Assembly (NCBI GenBank): GCA_004431415.1 | Contig: QPMI01000437.1 | Coordinates: 62,001 to 126,000, forward strand | Length of the DNA: 64,000 nucleotides | Origin: Cyanophora paradoxa CCMP329 | Lineage: Eukaryota > Plantae > Glaucophyta | Direction: 5' to 3' | Part shown: positions 34,301 to 47,464 of the stretch, in pieces | Position numbering within the stretch: position 1 is the stretch's first letter | How the letters are laid out: each line of letters begins with the position of its first letter | Made by a program: the position numbers and the translations under genes | Notes under the pieces: model-generated | What the model was told of the DNA's origin: nothing | The model's database searches: none | Seen by the model: the letters and a program-made list of their open reading frames with translations, nothing else

Positions 34301-37300
34301 CCCTCAAGGGGCGAGCGGCGGGCGCACGTGCGGGTCGGCGTGGAAGAAGCCTGCGGGGGGCGGGGGGCGGATAATTAGATCTCTCCTCAGGATCTTCTCC
34401 TCAGGCGTGCGCGTGCGCACCGCAGTCGAGGAGCTGCATGAGGGAGCAACGGACGCCCAGCCTGGACACGCACAGCGCGGTCAGCGACTACACTTCGAAG
34501 CGCTTCAAGCCGAGCTAGGCGGCGCGGGCCCGGCGCTCTCTGGACGCACTCGACGAGGTAGTCGCTGTCGCCCGTCGACACCGGGTCCGTCAGCTGCGCG
34601 CCACGGCGTGTTAGGAGTTAGAGAAGTCTTATTCTCTTCAGAATCGGGTCGTGCGGGCGCGCCTTGGTGCCTGTGATCCACTCCATGACGAGGACGCGCG
34701 CCGTCGTGTGCTGCGCGGGCGCGCGGGAGGGCGGGCCGCCGCCTCCGGTCAGCGCGAGGACAGCCGCGGGGAGGGAGGGAGGGGGGGAAGGGCGCGGGGG
34801 GTACAGGGCACCTCGAAGTAGATGCGGGGGACGCGGATGTCCGGGAAGTGCGGGCAGTAGAGCGCCGCGAACCTACACCCCGCCGCGGAGCATTAGAACA
34901 TCGAAAGGAAGCCTTGGATGACACGAGACGTCCGAACATTGACTCCCCTCCCCTCCCCTCTCCCGCCCCTCCCCGCCCCTCGCTCCCCTTCCCGGGCGCG
35001 GGCGGGCGCACCGGGCGGCGTTCTGGCCCTCGGCGACGTAGTTCAGCTCGTCGTACAGCCGTGTCCCGAACCTGCGCCCGTTCGCTCAGAATTGATCGCT
35101 CAGAATTGATCGCTCAGAATTGATCATTATTGTATGCTTGATAGCAAGCTTTTATGTTATGCTCATGCTTATGTCGCGTATGCAAGCTCAAAGAAGAGCG
35201 CACTCGTCGACGATGCCGACGAGGTCGGAGCGGAGCTTGCGGCGGCGCTTGAGGAGCGCCGCGCCGCGCCGCAGGATGAGGAGGTCCAGCGCGATCGACG
35301 CCGCCACCCCGGGCCGCTGAACCTGAAGGAGGGTGAGGGGAAGGGTCACCCTGGGCCGGAGGGTGGGGGGGAGGGCGGTTGGGGAGCGAGGCTTAGAGGG
35401 TCCGCATCCACATGTGCTTAGAGGGGGCGCTTAGAGGGGGCCGTTTTTTTTCCCGTGATGGGGAAGGGCCGCTGAACCTGGTGGGGAGGGTGGGCGGGGG
35501 GGAAGGGGGGGGAGCGAGGCTTAGCGGGTCCGCATTGCATGGGGAGTGGGAAGGTGGAGGATACAGCTCTTCTAGTGGCCGTCTAGCTCCTTTAGGTAGG
35601 GAGGGAGGTACCTTGACAGCGACCTCCTGGCCTGAGAGCAGGCGCCCGCGGTAGACCTGGCCCCGCGGATTGGATCGGATCAGATCAGATCAGATCAGAT
35701 CATATCAGATCGGATTAGATCGGATCGGATCTGACCTGGCCCAGCGAGGCGGCCGCCACGGGCTCGGGCGAGAGCTCGCTGAAGACCTGCTCAGATCAGA
35801 TCAGATCAGATCAGATCAGATCGGATCGGATCAGATCAGATGAGAGCGCGCCTCCTGCCAGGGCCGACCCAGGTCCTCCTCAATCATCGCAAACGCGATT
35901 TCGTTCGGGAAGCTCGGCAGCCGGTCCTGGGGGGTACCGGTCGCTCTCAGAAACGGGGTACAGTACTCCGCGGCGCGGCGCGGCGGCTCGCCTGGAGCTT
36001 CTGGAGCTCGGCCATGACGACGGGGGGTACGAGGTCGGGCCTGATCGAGAGTGCTTGACCCACCTGCGGGGGTGGGGGGGGAGAGGGTGAGGGGGGTACA
36101 GATCGGACGGGGCCTGTACCCCGTACCTTGATGAAGGCGGGGCCCATGTTCGCGAGCATGTCCCGCAGCTCCACCGCCCGCTGCTGCATGTGCAGCTGCG
36201 CGCGGGAATCAGATTCGATGCGATCGAATTCGATGAGATCAAATTCGATGAGATCAAATTTGATAAGCGGCCTCTTCAACTTCTTTCTCTGCTGGGGACG
36301 CTGGGGCCTACGCGTGCGCGTACCGAGGTGGTGCCCCGCCGCTTGTCGAGCCACACGGCGGCGGCGAGGCGGAGCGCCGGCACCTGGCCCGGATCGAATG
36401 TGAGCGAGGCTCGGATCAAATTCGAATTCGAATTCGAGTTGGGAGGCGGACCGCGAGCTCGGCGGCCCGGCGGGCCACGCGCCCCGGGCGCCGCGCGAAG
36501 AACTCGTCGATCGCTTCTATGTTGTACCTGCGCGCGGGGGAAGTGTCGGACGGGGCGCCGGGCGCCGGGCGCCTCGCGCGCGGGCGGCACACCTCCCCGG
36601 GCCGGCGGCGGAGCGCGGGACCTGCTCCCGCCGCTGCAAGTTCTCGAAGAATCCCTGCGGAGCGAAAAGCGCTCTCGGATTCGGGACTCTGGCTGGCCGG
36701 CCCCGGATTCGAACGCGCACCACGAGCCGGTCAAGGACGAATTCGATGTCGCTGATGAGAAGATCGACACCCCACCTGCAGGCAGCGGTCACGATCCGGG
36801 GCGCGGAAGCTGCGGGGCCTGCGCGGCGCACAGCTTCTTCTGCATCTGCACCTGCGGCGCGCGTGAGCGCGGGAAGGCGAGCGAAATATGTTCTCGGGCC
36901 GCGCACGAGCTCGTCGACGATGGAGATGCTCTCGTTGTCGTCCGCCAAGTCAGCGAGCTCTTCGTCTGAAAGCTCGGCCCGTTGGCATTGTGCTCTGCAG
37001 CGCGTGGCGCGTGGCGGAGAGGGGGGCGCTCACCGAACGCGCGGCGCGGCACTGGCGACGGCAGCTCGACGAACTGCGGCCCCTTCTCCCGCCCCGGGGC
37101 CGCGGGAGGGGCGACATGGCCCGCATCTGTCTCCTCCGGCACGCGGCGAGGACTGCGCGATGCGCCAGTCGCGACGCCGTTTGTGCCATTTCTATGCACA
37201 TGACTCGACGCGCTCCCTTCGCTCTCGGGCGGCGCGGGGGTCGGCGCGTGCTCAGTTTGCCCGCTGGCGAACGTCTCCGTCCTCCTCACGGCTGAGCGCG

Positions 37301-37496
37301 CGCGGCGGGGAGGAAGCGCTCCCTCGAAGCTGCGCCGAAGCGGGAGCGGCGCTCCATACACGCTTCTCCTCAGGGTCGAGGCCGCATTCGGGGGAGCGCG
37401 TGCCTGCTCCTCTGACAGGATAGGGCGGGCTGGACATGTCGGCGCTGCTAGAGGCCTCGTCACCAGCGCGGCGGCCGTGCCGATGAAAGCGCTCAT
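31350..37496 (-). CDS. ABC1K: ABC1K/UbiB-family atypical protein kinase, probably plastid-targeted
   Basis: MGPAFIK/VGQALSIRPDL, LQDRLPSF, PVAAASLGQ/VYRGRL, EVAVK/VQRPG, ELNYVAEG, VLVMEWI, FFHADP, GNLL, YLDFG, EFPFK/IPP. N-terminus MSAFIGTAAAL is transit-peptide-like. Confidence 0.92.
35668..35840. repeat. (AGATC)n intronic microsatellites; also at ~41535-41600, ~42945-42980, ~49200-49250 and ~60927-60950
   Basis: Direct reading; the runs sit adjacent to splice sites. Confidence 0.85.
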
Positions 37497-37763
37497 CGCC
37501 CCGGAGCGCCCGTCGCGTCCTTCGACTGTTCGCTGGAGGGCTGTATCGTCTGGACCCGAGAGGCGGCGATGCACCTGCCGAAACCGACTCCGAATCCCGC
37601 GCGCGGCGAGTGCTGGTCGTCCGAGCTCAGCGTCGATTCGAACGCTCGCGTACCCCAGCAGCGGGGTAAGCGAAAAGTCGAGCGGATCGTGCGCGCTGAG
37701 CCGGCAGCTGCGCCTTGTTAGGCAAACTCGTCTTCGAGTGCGGGATAGCCGGTCCGCGGCAGC

Positions 37764-39219
37764 ATGCGCTGGAGACCGGCGCTTTCCGCCAGTTCTCGTC
37801 CAAGCCAGCGCCCGGAGCCGGCGATGTTTGTGTCGGCGCTGTGCGGGGCATGCGTTTCGAGAGGCCCTCGGCACGCGGCGCTGCTGCGTCCGGCGTTGAT
37901 CGGGCGCGCCCTCCGCACCTCGGCCCAGCCGAAGACGGGCGGGGCGCAGCGGCACGCGCACCATGCGGCCGGTGTCGTGGCATCAGCTGACCGCGCCGTG
38001 GAGCCCGCAAGCGAGTCCGCGCTGCCCCCGCCGCTGCTGAGCGTCGCCCGTGCGACCCCGCCCCGCCCCGCCCCGCCCGCCCCGCCCCGCTGATTCACAG
38101 ACTTCTTCGCACCAGCTATGATGGATTACACCGGTTCGTCGATCCCCTCATCCTCTTCCCCTCTTCTGCCCCCTGCAAGCGCTGACTCCGCCCGGCTCCG
38201 CAGACAAGAACATGCGGTACATGATGCGGCTGCTGACGCGGAAGACGTGGCTGTACACGGAGATGGTTGTCGACAGCACCATCGTCCACAACCCCGTCGA
38301 CAACGACCGCTGGCTCGGGTACCACCCCGTCGAGGTGCTTCGGCGTCGGCTGCTCACGCGCTCGCTCCACTTAGCGGCGGCGCGCAGCATCCGGTCGTGC
38401 TGCAGCTGGGCGGGTCGCGCCCCGATCAGCTCCGGGAAGCCACGCGAATCGCCTCGGCCCGAGGCTACGACGAGATCAGTGCGCCCCGCACGCGCGTGCC
38501 CCTCGCGCCCTTCGCTCCCCACTGACAGCGCCCTCTCAGATCTGAACTGCGGCTGCCCGAGCGACAAGGTGTCCGGCAAGGGCTGCTTCGGGGCCTCCTT
38601 GATGCTCGATCCTCAGGTGATCTGAGCGCGATCCCCCCCCGCCCCCCCCCCCGCCCCCCCGCCCCAGCTCAACTTCGTTCGCAGCGCGTGGCGGACATCA
38701 CCGCGGCGATGAACGAAGTGGCGTCGGTACCCGTCACGGTCAAGTGCAGGATCGGTGCGGCCCTGGAGCTCGCGCCCCCGTCCCCGATTCATTCATTCAT
38801 GTGTACCCCCCTTCCCCCCTACAGGCGTCGACGACCGCGACTCGTACGAGGAGCTCGCGGTCCGCTTTTTTTCTTTCTTTCTTTCGGCGCAGCGGTTCCC
38901 GCCCGCCCGGCCCCCTCCCTCCCTCACACTTTCGGCGCAGGAGTTCGTGTCGCGGGTCTCGGAGGGCGGGGGCGTCCGCCACTTCGTCGTCCACGCCCGC
39001 AAGGCCCTCCTCAACGTGCGCGAGCCCCGGCCCCGGATCCAGAGTTCTCTTAGTCTATCTAGAGCTCTCTAGAGGTAGAGCTAGAGCCAGAGACTATCTC
39101 TAGGTCTAGTCTCTCTCTAGTGAGCGCCGCCCCCGAGCTCGATGTCCCAGATCTAGATCTAGAGCTCGTCCTTCCTCCCCCCAGCTCTCTTCCCCTCTCC
39201 AGCGCCCCAACTGCACCCG

Positions 39220-39260
<41 letters not shown>

Positions 39261-40522
39261 CCCCCCCCCCCCCCCCCCCCCCCCGAAGTGCGCGGACGGC
39301 GCGCTGACGTCGGCGTCGGCGGCGCGCAGGGGCTGAGCCCACACGACAACCGGACCATCCCGCCCCTCAAGTACGACGTCGTCTACCGCCTGGTAAGCTT
39401 TTCAAGCTTTGAGCCTTTAGCTTTGAGCTTTGAGCTCTAAGCTTTAAGCTTGAAAAGAATCAGATTAAAGCTTTCCGTGCCCGTTCTAGACCTGTCTCTC
39501 CCCCTGACTCGCCTGACCTCGGCCGCGCGGGGGCCAGATGGAGGACTTTCCGGGCCTGCTCTTCTCCATCAACGGCGGCATCAAGGCGCGCCCCGCCCAT
39601 TAAGCGCTTAGGCTTCCGCGTTGCACTGCACTGCGTCTCACCTTCAAGGCTTATAGCGATCGATCTTCTACACTTCTATCTATCTATCTCACAGCGTTTT
39701 TAGCTCTTTAGAACCCCTCCCCGTCGGCCGTTTTACGCTCTCGCATTGCACTGCACTGAGTCTCAACGTGGGCGTGCGCGCAGACGCTGGCGGCTGCGAG
39801 GGAGCACCTGCAGAGGGGCGTCCACGGCGTCATGATCGGGCGGGCCGCCTACGAGGTCCCTATAACAATAATAATAAGAAGAGTCTTATCGAAAGCTAAT
39901 AGAAGTTGCATCGCAGAACCCGTTCTACGTCTTCGCGAACGCAGACGCCTGCCTCTACGGCGCCGAGAACCCGTCCCTCAGCCGCCGGGAGGTCCTGGAG
40001 CTCTACGGAGAGGTGAACATTTCAAAGGGAAGAGAAGGGGGTACGTGGATTCCGCATCGGCTAACTGCGTACCCCCGCCGATCCAGTTCGGGGAGGTGCG
40101 GATGCGGGAGACGCGCCAGTCGCGCTCCGCCATCATCAAGCCCGTCCTGGGGCTCTTTACCGGCGACCGGTTCGTTCGTGTCGCGTACCCCCCTTCCTCT
40201 TCTTCCCCCCCTGATGCGCCGCAGAGGCGCTCGTGCCTTCCGGCGGGCAGTGGATACGGGCCTTAAGGCGGGCAAAGGCGTCGCGGAGACGCTGCGCGCC
40301 GCCGCCCGCGAGGCGCGTACCCCCCCCCCCTTTCCTCTTCTTCCCCCACCCCTCCCTCTTACTCTTCTCCAGATGCCGGACGAGATTTTGGATTTCCGAT
40401 TCGGGCCCCGGGGCGAGGGGTCCGAGGCGATCCCGGCCGCCGGGGGCGCCGAGCCCGCCCCGGCCCCCGCCCCCGCCCCCGAGGCCCCCGAGGCCCCCGC
40501 AGGGGCCGTCGCCGCTTTGTAG
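37764..40522 (+). CDS. dusA: tRNA-dihydrouridine synthase, DusA type, with N-terminal targeting extension
   Basis: LSVAP/MMDYT/D, LYTEMVV, HPVVLQLGGS, GYDEI/NLNCGCPSDKV..GCFGASLM, PVTVKCRI/GVDD, HFVVHARKALLN/GLSPHDNRTIPPLKYD, INGGIK, GVMIGRAAYE/NP. Confidence 0.93.
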
Positions 40523-41299
40523 CGCTAGCACCCGGCCCCCGCTCTTGAGTTGTTAGTTCACAGCTTTACTCTTCTGACCCCCGAGGCCCCCGTAGGCGCC
40601 GCTGCCAGTTTGTACATGTAGGGCTAGCACCCGGCCCCCGCTCTTGAAAGTGAAAGTGAAAGCAACGTCGACACTGCTCGAGCTCTGCAGCAGTTACTAG
40701 TGGGTTATATATAATTAGCGCTCAAGATTTCCCTGGCACGGCGACCGGAGCCCTAAGCCGCTGAGCCTGGCATGCACAATGGCGGCATTCGAATTAATAT
40801 TCATATTTACGGCAGACTTTCGACTAAGAAGGCAACCGCTTTGCGACTGCAGCAGGAGCCAAGCTCAACGCGGATCTAGACCAACACATTTCCAAGATCT
40901 CGAAGCCTGCATACCTCAGAAAGTTCGGATTACGATCGCTTTACAAACTGGGGCGCCTTCTGATCGAAGACCGTCGGAGTACTTACTGTCTAGGTTTTAA
41001 AACTGTTGAAAAGGGGGACATTGCCAAGAGGAAATTGCGTGTGAGAGGGAGAGGGAGAGGGAGAGGGAGAGGGAGAGTCCGCTGGCAGCCAGCAATCGAC
41101 CGACTCGAGCTAGTCTTGCCAGAGGAACGGACGAAGGCCAAAGGTCCTGCTTCCTAGTTCCAATCTACCCCCTACCTACCTACCCCGCACGATGAAAGGG
41201 CTGCACTTGAAAGAAGAATAAGAGGCTTAAGACGAAGAAGGCCGTCCCGGCCGGAGTAGTAGTCCGGAGCACCCACCGCCACCAAGTAGTCCGTACTGG

Positions 41300-44200
41300 T
41301 CACCCCATCATGGCCTGCACTATGGTGGAGTAGATGTGCGCCATGAGCGTCTCGTTCGTGATCTTGTGCCCGTTCGCGTCCTGCGGGCGGGCGGGCCCCG
41401 GGCGGCCCTCACTCAGAGGCGGCATTCTCGCTCGCTCGCTCTACTTCGTTCGCACCTGGATGCAGAAGATGTCCTTCACGCGGGACCCGTACGTCGCGAC
41501 GCGCGCCTGCGTCACCTGCGGGCGCGCCGACCCGGATCAGATCAGATCAGATCAGATCGGCTCAGATCAGATCTGATCTGATCTGATCTGATCTGATCCG
41601 AGGTCGGATCAAATCAGAGCCGACCTGGACGCCCAGCCGCCGCAGGGCCTCGGTCACGTCCCGCAGCAGGTTCGGCCGGTCCGGCGCGCTGCCGAAAGCG
41701 CCTCAGTGGAGCGAGAGCGAGAACGAGGTCGCGCCGCCGATATTCTTTGGGGAGGGCGTGCTAGAGCTCGACGATGCAGGGCCTAGGCCTCCTGCACATC
41801 AAACCGCACTAGAACTAGAACTCGAATCTGACAAGAATCTGAAGGAGCGCACTAGAACTCGACGACGGAGTGCTCGTCGGACTCGAATATAATAAGATCT
41901 AGCGCGAATCTGACATGAATCTAACAAGATGTGATCTATATAAACACTAGAACTCGAATCTAACGTGAATCTAACAAGGAGATCTAGAATCCAAGAAACG
42001 GAAGGGGAGCGCACTAGAACTCGACGACGGAATGCTCGTCGGATTCGGTGGCGGGGTTCAGCACGGTCGCGATGATGAGCCGCCTCAGCCGCTCCACCGC
42101 GTGCGCCTCCTGCAGCTGCGATCGCGAACGAAGCGATAGTTAGAGGCGATGGCCAAGCGAAGCGTAGAAGGCTGGCGAATCCGAGTGACTGCTGATCTAG
42201 AATCTAGTAACTAGAATCGATAGAAGGTAAGATGAATCCGACGCGGGCTGACCTTGCCGCCGGCCTCGTCAGTGATCAGGATCTCGAGCCGCACCGACGC
42301 CTCGTCCTTCCACGAGCGTGCCTGCCCGACAGTCAGGGTCGGATGGCGCGGGGCGGGGATTAACGTAAGATTTCCGTTGTAGATATGAGAGAGATGAGGC
42401 TTAGAGAGTTTTAGAGTGGAGGGGAGCGCGGGGCGGGGCGGGGCGGGGCGAGCGGCGGCACCTTCCGGACCCGCACCCCGAGGTCGCTCATCAGATTGCA
42501 CACGTCTGCCGAAGGCGCAGACGTCGAAGGTCAGTCGGCACGGTACCCCGGCGGCGGCAACACGCCTGTTGTACCCCTCCATCCCTCCCGCCCGCCCTCA
42601 CGCCCGCCCGCCCGCCCGGCCGCCCGCCTGGCCGCACGCACCGAATAGGAGGGACATGTAGTCGGGGCACTTGATCGCGACCGACGTGGCGTCCGGGTTG
42701 TCGTCGTTGTTGAACTCCACCTGCACCTGTACCCCCCGGCGCGCCCCCGTCGGACTCCCGTTCGTGTACACCCCCCCCCCCAATGCTGCGCGTGTCCAGC
42801 GCGCACCTTGTCGTTCTCCTGCTCTCTGAACACGAAGTAATGATCGCCCGTACCGTTCGCAGCGGCCGGCGCCCCCGCCGCCGCCGCCGCTGGGGCCGCT
42901 GGGGCCGCCTCCGCCGCAGGCCGCTGCCCAACGCAGCGTCAGACCAGATCCGATCGACTCAGATCAGATCAAATCAGATCAGACGCACCTGATCCGAGGT
43001 GAGCTGCTGGAGCTCGGCGTCGCGGTTCAGGAGGCACTCCCGCAGGCTCGAGCTGATGTTGATCTTCGCCTGCGCCGAAAAAAATGAGAGGCGAAAAGGA
43101 AGAAGAAAGAGGGAGAGAAGGCGCGGAGCGAGGCCGAGCTAGCTAGACCGTTCCCCTGTAGTCCTTGAGAAGAAAGCTTAGCTCACTAGCTCCCTTATTG
43201 TTCCTAACGTCGCTTTCTTAAGAGCCCTTGCTCACCTCCTTAAGAGCCCTAAGTAAAAGAAGAAGAATAATACAGGGCGGAAGCCGGAAGCGAGGCCGAG
43301 CTAGCTAGTTCTTCTCAAATTAACCCACACTGGCTTTGCCGCGCTAGATAAGCTTCGTTTCTTTTCTCTTTTCAAGTTAGCTCAGCCCTTGCTAATCTAG
43401 ACCAGCTAACTAGACTTAGCTCAGCTGGCTCCCTTTTTTTGTTCCTCAGCTGGCTCCTTCTTTTCTTTTTTCAAGTTATAATTAGCTCTTGCTTACCTCG
43501 GGGTCCTTCATGGCGGCGGCGATGACCTCCTTGACGCGCTGCAGTTTCCGCGGGTCCTCGATCCGCTTGTGCGTCTGCGGGGAGGATAAGGATGCAAGGC
43601 GCGCTGAGGCAAGGCGGCGAGGCAGGGCGCATGAGGCCGGGCCAAGGCTGCTGCTACTAGCTGGGCCCGCCTACCTGGGACTCAGTGACGAAGAAGATGT
43701 CCAGCATTCGGCCCTTGTGCGAGAAGATCTGGGGGCGAAGGCGGATGGATTAAACTTAGAAGAGGCAGATCAAATCTATCTAGAGGGATGGGAAGGGGGG
43801 GGGGGGTAGGGGCACCTTGGCGCCGTCGACGGAGACGCCGACGAAGCTGAGGGCGCGCGAGACATCGTGGAGGAGCCCTGGGCGGTCCCGCCCCGAGACG
43901 TCCACGCTGGGGAGGGAGGGAGGCAGGGTCAGGCGGCACGCTGGGAAGAGCGAGAGAGAGAGAGAGAGAGAGGAGGCGAGCGGTTGCTGCTGCTCCAGCT
44001 GCAGTTGCAGCAGCTGCTGCGCGCGCACATTGTGTGGGACTTTCCCTTCTGCTCCCAATCCGCAGTGAAGCCGTGCGCGTCGGACGCCACGATGTCTGCG
44101 CCGGGAGTCGAACCGGGCGCGGATCCGGAGCGGGCGGCTTTTGGAGAGCAGACCGGCGACGGCCCGCTCCAGGAGCGGTAGCTTCGGCTCCTCCACTTTG

Positions 44201-44409
44201 AGTCCGTACGAGGCCGTAAGATACAGCGTAGCAATGGCCTGCGCGCGGCGCGCGGCGGGTCGCGCGGAGCAGAAGAACCAATGGAGCGGAAAGGAAAGGA
44301 AAGAACGGACCTGAGAACCCTGCTCCCGGTACTCCGCGCTGTGGATATGGAGGTTCTGCGCGATTAAAAAAAGAGAGCGCTCAGATGCAGCAGCGCGCGC
44401 GAGGGGCAT
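41300..44409 (-). CDS. ACT-domain repeat protein (ACR/GlnD-type ACT domains)
   Basis: VDVSGRDRPGLLHDVSRALSFVGVSVDGAK/IFSHKGRMLDIFFVT; VEFNNDDNPDATSVAIKCPD; APDRPNLLRDVTEALRRLGVQ/VTQARVATYGSRVKDIFCIQ. Start uncertain. Confidence 0.8.
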
Positions 44410-45016
44410 CGCGGCCGGCTGGGGGCCGCAGCCGCGCCTGCTCCGTGGTGACAAGGCCGAGAATCTGAGCCTAACTCAGTGCGTTTCAAATCGAATCAGC
44501 AGAGCATTCGCACGTCGTTAAGTAGGTTCGGCCTCACGCGACACGCGATACCTGCCGCGGCAGATAAGGTCGGGGAGGCGCCGGGCCGGCTGGGCGCATG
44601 CGCAAGCCTGCGCTTCGCACCGAGGCAAGTGAACTGTGCCCACGCGATGCCAATATCGCGAGCGGTCAGCCTCGACGAAAGGGCGTACCTATGCAAGGTC
44701 ACCCTAAGACAAGGCGCACCTTCGCGCTGCCGCGGTAATCGGTTAAGTTTGCAGTAACAGAGCGCGCGAGGGGCTCGGCCGAACGCACTGGATCGTGTTC
44801 AGCGCCTTGATCTTCGAGACCACCGTTTCTGCGGCTGCGGTCTCGCTGGGCCCGTCCGCGGATGCGGTTAGTTCTGTCATCCTAGAATCGCTCTCTCTCG
44901 ATCGCCCTCCCGGCTTAGCTAGGCTCGCGGCTACCCGCGGCTTTTCGGTGCGCCGCTACCCCCCCAAGTCGGCTCGCCGCGACGTACTGCTGCAGCAGCC
45001 AGCACAGCGGGAAACG

Positions 45017-47429
45017 ATGTTGAGCTCGAGCAGAATGCCCGATGGGAACTGTGCGTGCCCCGCTGCCCGATCCGGCCTGGGCGCCTGCGGCCCACGCGCA
45101 CACGGCCCACCGCGGCCGTGTGCACTTCAGCTAACGATCGGCGTTTATTTCGATCTCAGGCGATGCCGTTTCACGCGGCCATCACTGTGCGTACCGCGGG
45201 CTCAGCGCTCGGCTCCGCGTTGACCTTTGCGTTCGCAGCCGGGCCGAAGATCCGACAGATCAGCCACATATCGGAGTGGTCGAAAGTCGGTGCGCTCGAA
45301 CTGACTCGAAGCCCCGCGGTGTCGCGCGCCCGCTAAAACGAAACGTCCGCTGGAAGGGCGCTATCCGTCCCCGCTCCTTACGGGCCCGGCCAGCGGCCCC
45401 ACGCACAAATGCCATCTAGAGATCGTGCAGGTGCGGCAACGCGCGCGGCGTTCCTTTTTCGGCCCTCGCAGACCTTTCTGCGGCGGAGCGCAGGACGGCG
45501 AGATTGTACAGACAGGCATCGTCTTCAAGGAGCTGCCGGAGGGTGCGCGCTTCTTCGCCTCTTCCTCCTCGCATCCCACGACGTGGGCGCCTGTCGCTTG
45601 CAGGCCCGCCGTCGACGGCGTTCTACTACCGCTCGGGCCCCCGGAAGGAGCTTGCGTTCCATCCGAAGGAGGTCCGCGCCTGCATCGTCACTTGCGGAGG
45701 TGCGCACGCGCGCCGCGCCGCACGTTCGGCGCCGCTCTGACGCGCCGCAGGCCTCTGCCCCGGCCTCAACACCGTGATCACCCCCGCGCCCTCGCCCTCG
45801 CCCTGGCCCGCGAGCGCGGCGCCCACCGCCGCCCCCGCGCTCGCTCGCAGGTCATTCGCGAGGTGGTCATGTGCCTTATGAGCAACTACGGGGTGGAGGA
45901 GGTCTACGGCATCCAGTACGGATACTGCGGCTTCTGTGCGCCGCGCCGGCGCCGCGCAACGGGGCCCTCGCCTTCCGGTAGTAGCTGACCGCGCCGCCTC
46001 CGCTGCTGCAGACGAGCCGGAACTGCAGCACATCCACCTCACGCAGGACAAGGTGCCGCCGCGCCGCGCCGCGCCGCGCCACGCGCGCGTCTTTCGAATT
46101 TGATTTGGGGGCAGGTCGCGCACATCCACCACGAGGGCGGCACGATCCTGGGCTCTTCGCGGGGCGGCTTCGACCGGAAGAAGATCGCCGACTCGATCGA
46201 GAGCCGCAAGTACAACATGGCGCGCCCCGCCCGTCCCGCCGCCCGTCCCGCCCTACAAGGCTTCTAAGCCGACGGAGGTTCTCTAAGCACCGGCCCGCTG
46301 TCTGCTCGAACGCCTCCGCCTCGCCCCCCGCCCCGCCGCCCTGCACCCGGGCGAGCGAGCGAGCCGGCTGTACCCGTGCAGGTCTTCGTGGTGGGCGGGG
46401 ACGGCACCCACAAGGGCGCCAAGGAGATCTCCGACGAGTGCAAGGTCCGGGGCCTCAAGGTGCGCGTACCCCCCGGGCCCCGGCCCCGCGTACCCCCCGT
46501 TCCTCTTCTTGGGCCGGGCGCCTGCCGACCTCTCGACCTGACCCTCCTCCTTTTCCTCCTCATTCACAGGTTGCGGTGGCTGGCATCCCGAAGACGGTAC
46601 GAACCGAGCCCCTGCCCGAGCCCCGAAAGAAAGAGAAAAGAGAAGGGAGAACGAGCCGACGAGCGCGTACCCCGCAGATCGACAACGACATCCGGGTGAT
46701 CGACAAGAGCTTCGGGTTCGAATCCGCGGTGGAGGAGGCCCAGCGCGCCATCCGCACCGCGCACATCGAGGCCAAGGTCAGTGGGCGGGCGGGCGGGCGG
46801 GCGGGTTTGTGCCTCAAGCCAGTGGGCGGGCGGGCGGGCTGGCGGGTGCCTTTCTAGCGGAGCCGTGGGCGACGCCGTGGACGCCCCTCCCTCCCTCCCT
46901 CCCTCTCTATCTATCTTTCTTTCGTACCTTCGAACCGAACCTCGCCAGGCCTACCCCAACGGCATCGGCATCGTCAAGCTCATGGGGCGCCACTCGGGTG
47001 CGCCGCCCACCACCCAACCCGCCCGCCCCCTTCCAGCTCCGATCCGCCCCCCGCCGACCTCCCCCCCGGCCGTCCGAGCGCCGCCCCGTCCCTCGCCCGC
47101 CCCCTTCCAAACTCCGACCCGCCCCCCGCCCGCCCCCTCCCCAGCTCTACTCCGGCCCGCCCCTCGCCGACCTACCTCCCTCCTCCCTCCAGCTCCCATC
47201 CGCCCGCCCCCCGCCGACCCCCCGCCCTCCCCCCCGGCAGGCTTCATCACGGTCTTCGCGACGCTGGCGAGCCGCGACGTGAACGTCTGCCTCATCCCCG
47301 AGGTCAAGTTCTCCATGGAGCCCCTGTGCGCGTACCCCCCTTGCCTTTCCTCCTTCCCCCGCCCTAGAGCGCCTTCCATCGAGCCCCTGTGCGCCTCGCG
47401 TAGCCCCCCTCCCTATTCCTCCCTTTCCT

Positions 47430-47464
<35 letters not shown>

